A stretch of 64,000 nucleotides of DNA from Squalus acanthias (GCA_030390025.1 CM059432.1:17610001-17674000), one strand, 5' to 3'. Numbered from the stretch's first letter, positions 24,474-37,913 are shown. Notes: generated from the sequence alone by a model not told the origin. Made by a program: numbers and translations.

Positions 24474-25695
24474 ATGGGAACCATTTATACCCTCTCATCC
24501 TGGTCCTCAGAATCGGAGGAAGAGCAGCCGCGGCAGCAGCAAAACCAGGCACAACAGCAGCAGCAACAACAGGAGCGCCAACCTTCTCCTCAGCCACCTG
24601 ATGATGCACAGGGCAGAGGGCGTCAGCGCAGGGCTGCACCGCGCCGCAGGAGATACCCCCAACACAGGGTTTACAGGTCGAGGATGAGCTTCCTCAACAT
24701 GAGTGAGCAGCAATGCCAAAGGAGGCTCAGACTTTCGCGAGAGGTAGTCGCTGACATCTGCACAATGCTGCACCAACACCTAGAGCCCAGAGGAGCGGGT
24801 GGACACTCCTTACCAGTGGCTGTCAAAGTCACCACCGCACTCAACTTCTTTGCTTCAGGGTCCTTCCAGGGATCAGCAGCAGACATCAGCAGCATCTCCA
24901 ACACTTGCATCATGCAGGTCCACTGATGCCCTCTTTGCAAAGTCGCTCAATTACATCCACTTCTCCACGGATGAAGCAAGTGTAACCGTGCATGCGGTTG
25001 GCTTTGCAAATATGACAGGCTTCCCAAGGGTGCAGGGCGTCGTAGACTGCACACATGTGGCCATTAGGGCACTCCATCACAACCCAGCTGTATTTGTGAA
25101 CCGCAAGAGCTTCCACTCACTTAACGTCCAGCTGGTGTGTAACCACAGGAAGAACATTATGCATGTTTGCGCTAAGTTCCCTGGCAGTTGCCATGACTGG
25201 TTCATCCTGCGGCAGTCTACTGTGCCTCAGCTGTTCAATCCGCCAACCCAACTCTCTGGATGTCTACTTGGAGACAAGGGCTATCCCCTGAAGACGTGGC
25301 GAATGACACCGATGAGGAGGCCATCAAACGAAGCTGAGGAGCGTGACAATGTGAGCCACATTTCCACCAGAAGCATCATAGAGCAAACCATCGGCTTGCT
25401 CAAAATGCGATTCAGATGCCTTGACAGATCTGGTGGAGCCCTACAGTGCTCACCAGCCAGGGTCTCCAGAATCATCGTGGTCTGCTGTGCCCTGCACAAC
25501 ATCGCACAGCAGCGTGGCTTAGCGCTGCCTGAGGAACAAGTGGCTCAGCGCACAGCCTCCTCCTCCTCAGAGGAGGAGGAGGAGGAAGCAGATGAGGAAG
25601 ACCTTGCGGAGGCGGATGTGCCAGTTCCACCAGCATGTGAGCACATTGCTGGCCTTGAGGCAAGCGATGCACTAATCCATGCCAGATTCGCGTAA
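24474..25695 (+). pseudogene. Harbinger (HARBI1-like) DDE transposase, one frameshift near 24900
   Basis: ORFs 24474-24926 and 24799-25695 carry [36 protein letters not shown] and CCALHN. Confidence 0.92.
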
Positions 25696-27819
25696 GTTTA
25701 CGCAGCAAACACATGTGGCTGGCACATGGAAATGAGTGTCTGGCCGACCATCTTAACACACCATACAGCATCTGTACAATAAGCTGTGGTTTTCTATCAC
25801 TCTCACCACCATCATTACAGATGAAAGGCGCCTTGACCCCTCACTGTGCAACTTCCATTTCTGAGCACACATAGGCCAACTCTTTGAACCTTTGCCATCA
25901 CATTTCTTTATTACAATTGAAATAACGATGAGAAACATAACTTTGTATTAGATCAAAACACCCAAGTGACTACCCTTGTGACTATTTGTGTGTTCACTTT
26001 CTCTTACACGTGCTTCTATGTGGTGCTTCCCCTGTGGCTTCAGTAAATGTTGAGGCACCTTGCTCACTTCCATGCTGCGCCTGCTTCGACGCCTTTGGCG
26101 GGCGTCCTCTGGGTTTGGGAGCCTGCGAGAGCTCGGCAACAGTCTGCTTCTCCTGTGGCTGTGCAGGGGCTGAGGCGGTCATCTCAGTTGGGTGAGGAAT
26201 CTGGGCTCTGACCGAGGGCTCCGCGGTGGCATGGGAGTGTGAGCGCTTGGAGAGGAGCCCACACTTCCTTGTTGTTGACCACCAACATCCCTCTCATGGG
26301 TCACCCGCACTTCACTGCTAGCAAGTGGCTGGAGAGCACCTTGCTGCTCATCAGTGGGGCCATGTAGACCCATCTCTGTACTGACAGCCCTCATAACGGG
26401 GACGTCCATGTACCTCTGGTGTCTCTCCTTAATAGATACCCATCTATCCTCCATAGCAGACCATCTATTCAGAAGTGTTACCATGTTCTCCTGAGTCTGG
26501 CGATTTATGTCCTCCATGGAGGTTGCCATCCTTTCCATGGCGTGTGCACCATGGCATTGCTTATGTTTGAGATGGACTCCTCCATTCTCTGCACACTCGC
26601 AGTTACAGTAGTTGCAAACTCTATCAGAGACTCCTGCACTTGTTCCTGAAGTTCCTGAAGTTCCAACACCGCTCTCTTTCTGGATGGCCCCAGAGGCACA
26701 GGGTCCACATGCAGCTGATCAGAGCTAGGAGCGTCCAGCGCCCGCCGATGAGGATTCTCCTGTGCTGTCCTTGTCTCCACCATCTACTGCTGCTCACTTG
26801 TGAGCTGTGATACACCAGGTGACAACACTACTCTATCTCGCGAATGACCCACCGAGGTGTGCGTCTCTGCGCTGGTGCTGGGTGCGCTCAATTCTGCTGA
26901 CACTGCTCCCTCAGAGATTGCAGCTTCCTCTGAGGAGTCTTCCAGCTCTTCCTCCTGGACAGTGGTGAGGGGGGCTCTCGGTGGTCCTGTGGGGGAGTAA
27001 AGGCATGAGTTAGACATGTGATATTAACGTAGCAGACACATCCATTGTGCAGATGATCAGAACTCAATCTGTATGAGCATCAGATGCCATATCAGTCAGT
27101 CATGAAATCTAAATGAGAGGGTTGCAAATCTATTCTGTCACCAGCTTGCTCTACTGTGCCCATCTCTCTGTCCCCCACTTCCAGCTCCTCAGCACCTCCG
27201 ACGATGTCGATAGCAGCCTCCTCAGCAGTGGTTAAGTGCGCCATGGAAGGTGGGTTCTCTTTTCCTACAATGAGGGACACAAGTGGAGGTTGAGCGAGAA
27301 TGTTGGAGTGAGTGTAGAGATTCCATAGCATAGATACTTAGAGGGAGACAAAGATGGAGTGAGGTGCCAATACCAAGGGCCCTCCCTGTGCATTGTCAGT
27401 TGTTGCCATTGCATTGCAGTGATAGCGAGTGTGATGGGTGCATAGTAGAATGGTGCTGTGAGTCTGTACATAGAGAGAGAGGGATGGTTAAGGGTGCAAG
27501 GGATGTAAGGGTAAGTTGGGATGTACAGGAGTAGGTTGACAATGCAGAGTGCTGGTGATGAGAAGAGATGGGGAGCAGATTGAAGGTAAGTATGACATTA
27601 TACTCACTTTTGCTGAACGTAGCAGATCATTGAACCTTTTCCTGCACTGAACCCAGGTGCGTGAGCACAAAGACCTGGCGCTAACATCCTTAGCAATTTG
27701 CAGACAGGCTGCCTTGGTTTGCTGAGGAGACTTCCTCCATCCATTGGAGGGGAACAGAACCTCCTTGCGCCCTCTCACTCCCTCCAAAAGAGCATGGATG
27801 GGTGTCATCATTGAATCTT

Positions 27820-29482
27820 ACATACGAACATACGAATTAGGAGCAGGAGTAGGCCACTCGGCCCCTCGAGCCTGCTCCGCCATTCAATAAGATCATGGCT
27901 GATCTGATTACTCCGCATTCCCACCTACCCCCGATAACCTTTCACCCCCTTGCTTATCAAGAATCTATCTACCTCTGCCTTAAAAATATTCAAAGACTCT
28001 GCTTCCACTGCCGTCTGAGGAAGAGAGTTCCAAAGACTCACGACCCTCTGTGAGAAAAATTTCTCCTCATCTCCATCTTAAATGGGCGACCCCTTATTTT
28101 TAAACAGTGACCCCTAGTTTGAAGGGATAATTACTAGTCCTAGCCCCTTTAGGGCTACCCCGGATCAGGCGTATTCCTCAGACGTTCACTTTCAACTAAA
28201 GTTTGAGGTAGCCGAATCCTAAAGATGCTTAATCGGGTCTAAAGGTCCAGCCTATCTCTCCCTAAAGGAAAGGAACAACCTGAAGATGTTACCGTCCTCC
28301 AGATAGCACTTTTAATAAGTTTAGCTAGACTGTAATGTTCCGGATATTATGAGGGTCCGGAAAACTCCCCCAAAATTCTGCAACTCCTCACCAAAGAGCG
28401 TACAGAGATTGAGTCCGCGAGTTTGATACAGAAGTATTATGTGAGACAATTCTAAAAATATATAGATTTATATAAAAACCGACATGTAATTTACAGTTGG
28501 TGATTCAATCGCAACATTAACAGTTCCAAATACAAAAAGCTTACAATTCTATTATCAGAGATCCTTATTCTCAAATCTTAACTTCGTTACATTTTTACAG
28601 TTCTTAGTCTTTATTCCAGGATATCCACCAAAATCAAATACAGTACAATACCTTGATCCCCGAGGTACAAAAAGTTGTAGACTTACAGAGCTTGCCTCTG
28701 AAGCCGAGAATCGCTTTGCCCCTTTACAGCGAGACTATCATCCCATTTGAAAGTTCAATATTTATATCCTTTTTCAGTGGTATGTCCTTCGAAGTTTTCT
28801 GCTGATGTAAGTTAATTATCTCTAGTCATTTTTCTGCTGACCCCTGCTATTCTTACAGTCAGTTCAGCTGGTAGCATTAAGAATCGTGTCTCTACCTTTA
28901 GGTGTTCGAAGCTTATCATAAAAACGGTGTGACAGCAGATGCATCTATTTGATGTCATTCTTACCAAGGTCTTCTGTTTGTGTCTTTTTACGACGTGTAA
29001 TTTAAAAACATCTCAACAGGGTGCACCATTGTCTTCTTAGTTACCTCAGCTGGTTGCAACACAGAATCATGTCTCCTGTGTTTCATTTGATGTCATTTTT
29101 ACGAAGGCATATGTTTCTTAATTTTCTGTGTTTCTTTCCAAAGTGTAATATAGGACACCTAAACAGGGTGTACCATTGTGTTCTTTCCAAGGCTTCAGAC
29201 TATCAGGAACATCCAACCTCCTGTTTCAATAAGGTAATTGATTCAGTGTCAACAACTTATCTTATCTCAATAGCCTGTTTGCTGTTTACAGCTTCTCCAT
29301 TGTTAGGTTTTTAGATTTTCAAACCCAGTTTGTCATGTTACAATAAGGCTAGAATTATTTCATAGAATGGTGTATTTTTCTGAATGTGGCTTATTCCTTC
29401 ACAAGTTCTAGATCCTCCCACAAGAGGAAACATCCTCTCCACATCCACCCTGTCAAGACCCCTCAGGATCTTAGACCCCCAA
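27820..29482 (-). mobile_element. CR1 3' fragment (27820-28119 plus 29404-29482) inserted in the Myb exon
   Basis: 7-bp TSD GAATCTT at 27813-27819 and 29483-29489. The CR1 sequence rejoins across the LTR. Confidence 0.85.
28120..29403 (-). mobile_element. Solo LTR, 1284 bp
   Basis: TG...CA termini with imperfect inverted ends, TSD AGTT (28116-28119, 29404-29407). Minus strand has TATAAA at 28761-28766 and AATAAA at 28610-28615. Confidence 0.85.
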
Positions 29483-31059
29483 GAATCTTGGGGAAGCCTT
29501 GGCTCTTGAAGCAGTCATCTCGCTATCAGTAACACCGATAAGCAGCAGAATGTGAATGAAACACCACAAGGCTGCATGGGCCCCTTAAATGCAGCTGATT
29601 CAAAGACGTCAGCAGAGGCGAGCAGCAGACCCGAACCCACTGATTGGGCCGGATAACGCGCACGGCGGGCTTAATAAGTCCATGTTAAGGCAAAATAGTT
29701 ATTGCAGTGCGGCTGAAACCGGCAGCGGGACCGGAACTCAGCGACCAGCCAACCCGCCGCCTATGGCAAAATCGCGGCCTTTAAATCAACATAAAATTAA
29801 ACAGACTCAGAAAATAGCTCCTTAGTTTCTGTTTTACTTCATTTGAGCAGTGTTATATTTAAATGTTAACATTAGTTTTTGTTCGGTGTCATAAATATTA
29901 CTATTTCAGTTGGAAAGCAGTATCCTGAAAACGTCTTTCTTTTTGAACTCACTAGGTTTTTTTAAAAACATACGTGTGTCAAAGCTGCACTATATTAAAA
30001 TGAAACAAAAACAATATGTTCCATCCAGGTTCATAAATAACCTTTTATCAAAACCTTCATAGCAAAGTTCGAGAAAATGTTTAAAATACAGACATATTAC
30101 AAAGACACAGCTTTGTAATTGATGTGTTTATGATTAAGCGGTGGTTTGATATCAACATTTCAATACAAGTCTATAAATGACTGCAGGTCTTTTAATCAGA
30201 TAGCAAATATGTTTTAACCACAGATTCAAATAGTTTTAAGCATGCCCGCCAGAGACAGTGTTACTTTTCGACTTGAGGGTCATCTATGACATAAGACGTT
30301 GCTCAGCCTTTTATGGTTTTAGGATACGAACTTCCAATTCTTTGATAATGACGCTTGATATGATTCAGAAAATTGGATACGTTCAACAAAGGCATGCAAC
30401 AGAGACTTTTGTTAAAATTGAGCGTTTCTTGTTTCCTATTCACTCTGTGACGATCTGAAGGTCGTGCATCTGAGATGGTGCTTTTAATCTTTCTGCATTG
30501 GTATCGCTAATTTCCTACCGCATCTCCCAATTTCATCTGTGACATCCCTCAGCCCCCTCTGTGAATTACTCACGCCTCCTCTGTGACCTCCTCAAGTCTC
30601 CTCATTCTACCCATGTCTTGTGCAAGGCACGTTTTTGCTGGACTCTCCTTCACAAACCTCTAGAGATCCTTCCACAGCGTTTTTGATCTTTTTTACTATA
30701 ATCTTATTAGATGCGCCCTGAAGCAATACGGATTCTTTTTTCTTTAGTATATCTTCTGTGAGATCAACTGGCTGAATGCCTGTAACTAGGATTCCCTTCA
30801 CCTTCTGCATAGTTGCATTTTGAACAAAAGGAAGAAGTACTTGGTGAGTCTGCTATGAATACAGGACATAATTTGCTCCTGTTTTTGTTTTCGTATTTGC
30901 TTTTTTATTTTTCCAGTACAAGTATATGTGCAACCCACAAACATCAGCCCCAAATGTCTATTACATAATTATTTCCATTAAGTAATACTTCCTTTCTATA
31001 AGAGGAACTTGCCATTTACATTGTTATATATAAAATGGCTGTGATTTGGAGAATTATAG

Positions 31060-31465
31060 AAAGAAAGATTTGCATTTATATAGTGCCTTTTACGACCACC
31101 GGACGTCTCAAAGCGATTTACAGCCAATGAAGTACTTTTGGAGTGTAGTCACTGTTGTAATGTGGGAAATGTGGCAGCCAATTTGCACACAGCAAGGTCC
31201 CACAAACAGCAATGTGATAATGACCAGATAATCTGTTTTTGTTATGTTGGTTGAGGGATAAATATTGGCCAGGGGACACCGGGAATAACTCCCCTACTCT
31301 TCTTCGAAATAGTGCCATGGGATCTTTTACATCCACCTGAGAGAGCAGACGGGGCCTTGGTTTAACGTCTCATCCGCAAGACGGCAACTCCGACAGTGCA
31401 GCACTCCCTCAGCACTGCACTGGAGTGTCAGCCTAGCTTTATGTGCTCAAGTTCCTGGAGTAAGA
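31060..31465 (-). mobile_element. Deu-domain SINE, 5' truncated
   Basis: Reverse complement of the 5330-5690 family sequence. Confidence 0.85.
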
Positions 31466-31814
31466 GCCATTATGGAGGGCTTCACTGCCCTGTTAGTTGT
31501 CCAGAGGTCTACTCCCACACAGGGGGTATAGCTGGAGCATGTATGGATGAGGATGCTGTCTTTTAGTGCAATGCTACATCCAGTCCACCTGCCACTAGGA
31601 GGTAAAGACCACCTCAATCCCAAGAGGCGCCCAGCGAGACTCAGCAACTAATGATCTTACTCACTTCTTCCTCTGAAGGAGTACTAGAATAAATTCCAGA
31701 AGACACACACCACACACTGGGGCAATTTTCAGCTAGTGGATTTATCTTTAGCACTAGTTCTTATAAAGGAAGCATTATTTTATCTATAGCTTTCACAACA
31801 AAAATCATTTTCAG

Positions 31815-31970
31815 CATCATCTGGTTCACTAAAGTCCTTCAGGGAAGGGAACTTGCCACCCCCATTCGGTCTGGCCTAGACATGACTATGTGCTTGACTT
31901 TTAATGCCTTCAGGGCAACTAGGGATGTGCAATAAATGCAGTTTTGTCAGTGCCACTCAGGTCCCAAGAA
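31815..31970 (+). mobile_element. SINE fragment linking the 62.3-kb LINE head to the 10.4-kb LINE tail
   Basis: GTCCTTCAGGGAAGG...GGTCTGGCCTA is followed closely by AGGGCAACTAGGGATGTGCAATAAATGC. Confidence 0.55.
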
Positions 31971-32439
31971 CAAGCATCTAAACAAAGTTTCTTGTCTGAG
32001 CTTCAGCAGTAACAAGTAAACATTTAGCAGAAGTCTGGGAAATTATGGGCAGCTATTCTACAGGAAATGGGCAGAATTGTGAAATATTTCACATTTCACA
32101 ATTCAGAAACTGAAGCTGAGACCACAAGAACAAATTTGACTGTACAACAAAATTAACACTTTGTGGGTTTTTGTCTGGATGACAGATGGCACGCTGCATC
32201 TTTATTGCTTCCTGAGAGATTTTTTGTTTTCAGAAGAATTTGGACCAATATTTTAATAATTTGCGCATTTGGGTGCACATGCTCACATTAGGCTCCATTA
32301 TATGAGTTTTCATTAATTACTGGTGGCCGATGTTCATCTAGCTACCTCCCAGTTTGTACTTGTAAATGGGACGGTACCAAAATGAAAATTGGGGGGAAGA
32401 AAACGTCGATTTACCACTGGAGATCTGCCTATACTGATT

Positions 32440-33420
32440 TTCAACAACAACAACATGTATTTATATAGAACCTTTAACATAGAAACACGTCTCAAGGTGC
32501 TTCACAGAGGTATAATTGGACAAAATATGGATGCTGAGCCAAAGATAGAGATATTAGGCGGGGTGATCAAAAGCTTAGTCAAAGAACCTGGTATTAAGGA
32601 GTGTCTTAAAGGAGGAGAGGGAGGTGGAGAGGTTTAGGGAGGGAACTCCAGACTGTAGGGGCTAGAGTAGGCAGTCTTTGTGATGGAGAGGATATGGGGT
32701 CAAATAAGTCTTCGAGGTTGCGAACAGTGGGGTTCAGCCTGAGACAGTGTCTGAGGAAGGGGATGGAACAGCAAGGTACAGTATTTGTGGCAGGGGCAGA
32801 AGTGTGGAAGAAGAAGGAGGTTCGGACAAGCAATGAGTTGAGATGCAGATTGAACCTCAGGGTGGGCCCTTGGAGAATGAAGATTTTAAAGGAGAGACGA
32901 GTGGGGTGGGACAAGGTGAGATGCTTGAAGGAGGAGAATGTACCAGAGGAGCAGGGAGAGAAACCCAGGTGTGATTTGGTGATAAGGGCTACGCTGCCAC
33001 CACAGTGGTTTGAGCCGGGCAGGTGGTGGAAAGTATAGCCGGGCAGGAAGGCTTCAGTAAGGGGCAAGATATTGCCACCCATGAGTCAAGTTATCAATGC
33101 AGTCATCCACAATAAGGTCATGGATGGCAACAACCCTATTTACAAATGAATGGACATTGTGGACAGAAATGTGAGGAGGGGCGGTGATTAGTGATTCATT
33201 GGCAGAGTCTGAGGGAGCAGCAGTGGGCGGGATGAGTGGGATGGGAAGGAGGTTGGTAAGATTGGTCCCCAACGGACGTGTTGCGGTAAGGCCGGAGAGA
33301 AGAGGAGGATGTGGCAGTTTTGGATTGCTGCTCATCAGGAGGCAGCAATGAGTGCTTCAATGGCCCTTTGGAGAATGTTAGGAGAGGCCCAGAGGCTAGC
33401 TGTGGGTTTATCCAAGGGGT
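32440..33420 (-). mobile_element. L2-type LINE remnant (AP endonuclease N-terminus joined to 3' tail)
   Basis: HNVHSFVNRVVAIHDLIVDDCID, GYTFHHLP...GGSVALI, and a (TTG)n tail at ~32445. Confidence 0.65.
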
Positions 33421-33959
33421 CCAAGCCTGGGACAGCGATGGAAGTGTAGGAAAGCAGAGGAGTGCTGTTTCAAGATGGGGAGGGGATGTGGCAAAGTACC
33501 CATGAGGAAAGAAATAAGGGGAGGGAGGAGCCTAAAAAAACCCAAGAGGAAAACGTGAGATAGAAGTACTGGGCACGCACCTGGAGCGGCATTGTTTGTG
33601 ACATGCATGTCCCGAGGCTAAATTCGCATCGGGTCCAGATAATGTCGTTGGACCCTGACTTCTAAATGTTCATGAGGCCCACGCCTGCCTGTGGCTGGCT
33701 GGACTGTATTCTCATCAGGCGCAGGGGGTTAAAATTGGGGCTTAAAAGAAACTTACTTTCCAGGCATCATCTGGCCCCGGCTCTTCTTCCAGAGATGTAT
33801 CTCTGTTTATATCTAATTTTTTCGTCATTTTTTTCACTTGTTATTTTTGCATTTCCCTTTGTCTCATTGGTTGAGGAGAATAATTTCATGAGGTGATAAC
33901 ATTTACAGATCCAAAGACACCTCTGGAGGTATGTTCCCTGCTATCAATATCCAAGAATC

Positions 33960-35110
33960 CATATTTACAGACTACATCACTCTTTCCTGGCAACGTCACA
34001 GGAGATCCGTCTTTGACACCTCAGTTTCTCTGCATAGGTAGTAACCAAGCTATTCCATCTGCTGCAGGACGACTTACTGACAATTTCAAGAACTGGGGTG
34101 ATTCTTTCCATAGCCTTGAACATCACTACAGCAGTAAGCTTCTATGCAACAGGACCTTTCCAGGCCACGGGAGGGAACATCTGCGACATAAGCCCATTTG
34201 AAGTTTATTCCTGCACAAAGCAAATGACAGACACCATGCGTTCCAGGGTAAAACACTTTGATCACTTTTTCTGCAGAGGTGACATAAGCTTTACCACCTG
34301 GCAGGCTTCCCAAGGGTTCAGGACATCATAGACATAGTTGAGGCGAATAGCATAGATGCATTTAAGAGGAAGCTATATAAACACATGAGGGAGAAAGGAA
34401 TAGAAGGTTATGCTGATAGGGTTCGATGAAGAGGGGTGGGAGGAGGCTCGTGAGGAGCGTGGACCAGTTGGCCCAAATGGCCTGTGCTGTTCATTCTATG
34501 TAAAGATGCTGGTAGGAGTTGTCTACAGATCGTTTGATAGCAGGGATACAGAGATCAGGCATGCGACAAAAACAATAGGCTCAATTTTAACTCCCAAAAA
34601 CGGGTGGGATGGCGTCGTGTCAGAGGTTAAAATGCAAAAAATCTGGAACAGGAACCGAACCCGCCTTGAACTCGCCCACCTCCGTTTTTAACTCGCGGAA
34701 GCGGGTTGGGCATTTACATATTACAATGTTAAGCGATTCCAAAAGCACTGCATAACTGAGATGAGGAAGAAAAGTTCTTGAGGGGCTTAACAACTCTTGA
34801 GGCATTTTGGCTGCACCCGCTACTGCCCAGGACCTGCATGTATAGACCCCCTCCACCTGTGGCTGTATATGTCAGAGGAGAGCTGTTTTTACTGCTTCCG
34901 CTTCACAAGGCAGGTTTCCACATTATCTGTTGCACAATGACCTGCAGATAATATTTGGATCAGGGACAACTCTTTCTCTAGAAATGAAGGTTGCCACAGC
35001 GTGATGCTTTCATACCTTGACACTTCTATTATATCAGGCAATCTGCGGTGCATACACGTATCAGGAAGTTGAAACCACTGTTTTTGCAGGTGACAACACC
35101 TTTGCCCCTT
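33960..35110 (+). pseudogene. Degenerate Harbinger transposase remnant interrupted by a CR1 tail and a MITE
   Basis: ALNITTAVSFYATGPFQATGGNICDIS...QMTD (ORF 34098-34331). A weaker continuation lies at 34910-35110. Confidence 0.6.
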
Positions 35111-35524
35111 TTCCTTTGGAAAGGAGTAATCAGCTGGTCAGAATGAACAGCTTTCACTGGGTGGCAGGGTTCTCATGCAATTGAGTGTGAGGGAATACAC
35201 TTTGGCAGATAAAACAAAGAATGGAAATATACAGTTAAAGTATGGAGGTACGGTCGCATAGTGGCTATTTTGCTGGACCAGTAATCCAGAGGCCTGGTCT
35301 AATAATCCACCATAGCGGTTTGGGAACTGGTTTGGGAAGGTGAAGCCACCGCCACCTTAAGAAAAGCGTGCCATGTATCTTAGGCACAATAGGGCCTTGT
35401 GTTCAAAAGGGCAATGGTTCTGCCGAAAAGGTGTGGCAGTTCCCCCCTTAGCTTTGTGGCATAGTTGATGGGTCCTAAAAGAAATGTTTGCAAGAAGTGT
35501 AGAACATGCTTACCATGGAAGAGC

Positions 35525-35880
35525 CGTAGAATCATAAAAGTTTATTGTCCAGAAGAAGGTTATTTTACCCATTGTGTCGGTGCTACCTTTTTTGCTGGAG
35601 CAATCCAAAACTAATCCTATTGGCCCCTGTTCTCTCCCCAAAGCCCTGTGCTTCAAATATTCATCCAATTTACCCATGAAAGCTGCAATGGTCTCTGCTT
35701 CAAGTAGATCATCTAGCAAAGCATCCCCTGCTCCAGCAATGCTCGGTGTAAAGAACTTGCTCCTAATCAATCTCCTGACTCTCTTAATGGCAATTTTAAA
35801 CTGATGACCTCTTGTTACAGCCTCCGCAACCACAGAAAATAATCTTTCCCTAGGCACTCTATCAAAATCCTTCATAATTA
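35525..35880 (-). mobile_element. Old CR1 3' fragment
   Basis: TRGHQFKI...FFTP...FMGKLDEYL. Confidence 0.7.
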
Positions 35881-36929
35881 AAAAAAAAACTCCTCTTAGA
35901 CTCCTTGAAGTGCTACATGGAATAATGCAAAACCATAATTTCCCCACGTTGCTTCATCAGAATCAGGCCCCTTAAGTTTCCATTGAAACCATCTTGAGTG
36001 GAAAGTTGTGACATCATCAGGTGTTTTGGAAATAATCCCCAGACCTGGATACAGAGATGGGTTCAATGACCTGATTGGCAATGTCCTGACATCATCACAT
36101 CTATGTCTATTGTTTAGCATATATTTCATCTTATTTTGAACATAAATTAATATTAAATATGAAGAGTACTTTAAAACTTCTGCACTAGGACAGATCTAAC
36201 TCTTGTTGCGACGCAGGCTTCCTGCAGTGGGCAAAGTGGCTGCCGCCTTGGTGCCGAGTTCATGACGTATTGTGGCCTGTTCCGTATTGCCGAACAAGGT
36301 GAGCCAATGGGCGAACTCCGTCCTACAAGTAGGCCTCCCGTTTAAAGCAGAGCTAGACCAGCCCGCCGCCTCCCTTGTGATCCTGCCTATTGACCCCTTT
36401 TCACTGTAACTGGAAGTCTACAGGCCCAGCCTGAGAACTGCACTTTTAGTGAACTATAAACATATCTGGAAGTAAGTGCAGGGCGTGCTGCTACGTCTCT
36501 AGAAACGTCGTGAGTAAAGTCTATGGGAAACAACTTAGCACTGGGGGAAAAAGAAACAGATTAGGAAGTTGTTTATCATCAACAAGCTGTCATGTGAAAC
36601 TATTTTAATCCTCTGCTGCATCCCATAATAGTCACAGGAACCAAACCATTGTAGTTTGGGGTCAACAAGAATAAGGACAAATTACCAGGCACCGAAGAAG
36701 TTTATAATGAGAATTGTGACTAATTGAACAAGCTAATTTCCTAGCAATTACTGATGTGGTTCAACTAAGAGCTAACATAAGCATTGCAGGCCCGACCTTA
36801 TAAGAAGAGCAGTGACGCTACACTTGGAAATGAGCAAGAGCATCTCGTGTCAGCGCGCACGGAGGGGACTTTGCACATGTTTGAGAGGTCCACTCACTTA
36901 AATAACAATTCGCCGCTCTTATTCGGTTG

Positions 36930-37332
36930 TTCTCCTTGGAGCAGAGAAGGCCAAGAGAAGATTCGATGGAGGTGTTTAAAATTATGAAGGGTTTAGATAG
37001 AGCAAATAAAGAGAAGCTGTTTCCAATGGCTGAAGGACCGATAACCAGAGGGCACAGATTTTAGGTGAGTGGTAAAAGAACCAGAGGCGACATGAGGGAA
37101 AGCTTTTTTTACACAACGAGTGATTAGGATTTGGAATGCACTGCCTGATCGGGTGGTGGAGGCAGATTCAATAGTAGCCTTCAAAAGGGAATTGGATAAA
37201 TACTTGAAGGAGAAAAAGATATGTGGAAAGAGCAGGTGAGTGGGACTAACTGGATTGCTCTTCAAAAGAGGCGGAGCAGGCTCGATGGGCCGGATGGCCT
37301 CCTTCTGTGCTGTAGTATTCTATGATTCTATG
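36930..37332 (+). mobile_element. CR1 3' fragment
   Basis: Same subfamily as 4100-4585, with (TTCTATGA)n tail. Confidence 0.8.
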
Positions 37333-37769
37333 ATTAAGGCTGATTGGGTCACTCAATGGGAGCGTGCTGGCTGCAGAGGCAGGATATCTGATGCCTTTAA
37401 AAGGACAGATAAAATGTCAAGATTGGAAGCTTGCAGGAGGAATTATTCAAGGAGATGTGTCTGAAGGTATTGTGAAAGCCCAGGGAGGAGAGAGAGCACT
37501 GTCCCTTTTACAGAGAGATCCCTATAGGTGATGCTGAGGGAGGTACGGCATTGGGTCAAAGGGACATCCTCCTTAGAAGGTCTGCTGTCCAAGTAAAAAG
37601 TGACAAGAATGGACGGAAACTGCTGCCCATGTGAGGAAAATGAGGAAAAAGTTTAACATTCTAAATAAGTTTTCAAGGTAAGAGTACACTGAATGCAGTT
37701 ACTTAGACTTTTGATGCTTTATGATCATTTGGGAACACTTTCGCCTTTTGCAGAATCAAAAGGGCCACT

Positions 37770-37913
37770 TAAGGCTAAAGGGATCAAGGGATATGGGGAG
37801 AAAGCAGGGACAGGGTACTGAATTTGGATGATCAGCCATGATCGCATTGAATGGCGGAGCAGGCTAGAGGGGCCGAATGGCCTACTCCTGCTCCTATCTT
37901 CTATGATTCTATG
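37770..37913 (+). mobile_element. CR1 3' tail
   Basis: Matches the reverse complement of 16715-16855. Confidence 0.8.

Larger units (their letters stand above)
25994..29518 (-). pseudogene. Harbinger Myb/SANT DNA-binding partner gene, multi-exon, disrupted
   Basis: ATG at 29518 (MTASRAKASPRF) continues at ~27812 (LLEGVRGRKEVLFP...RTWVQCRKRFNDL) to donor AAA|GTGAGT at 27608. Later exons lie near 27140-27265 and 26000-26990. Confidence 0.8.
24238..29780. mobile_element. PIF/Harbinger transposon, near complete (left TIR not found), with nested CR1 and LTR
   Basis: Convergent transposase (+) and Myb/SANT (-) genes. Right terminus GGCAAAATCGCGGCC. Confidence 0.9.

Noticed and set aside
24474..25695. 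Domesticated HARBI1 host gene
   Set aside because: It is frameshifted, paired with a Myb gene and a TIR, and has related copies nearby, so it is a transposon.
33909..34135. Series of small plus-strand AG...GT exon-like segments
   Set aside because: The region translates as a decayed Harbinger transposase, so the splice-like sites are probably incidental.
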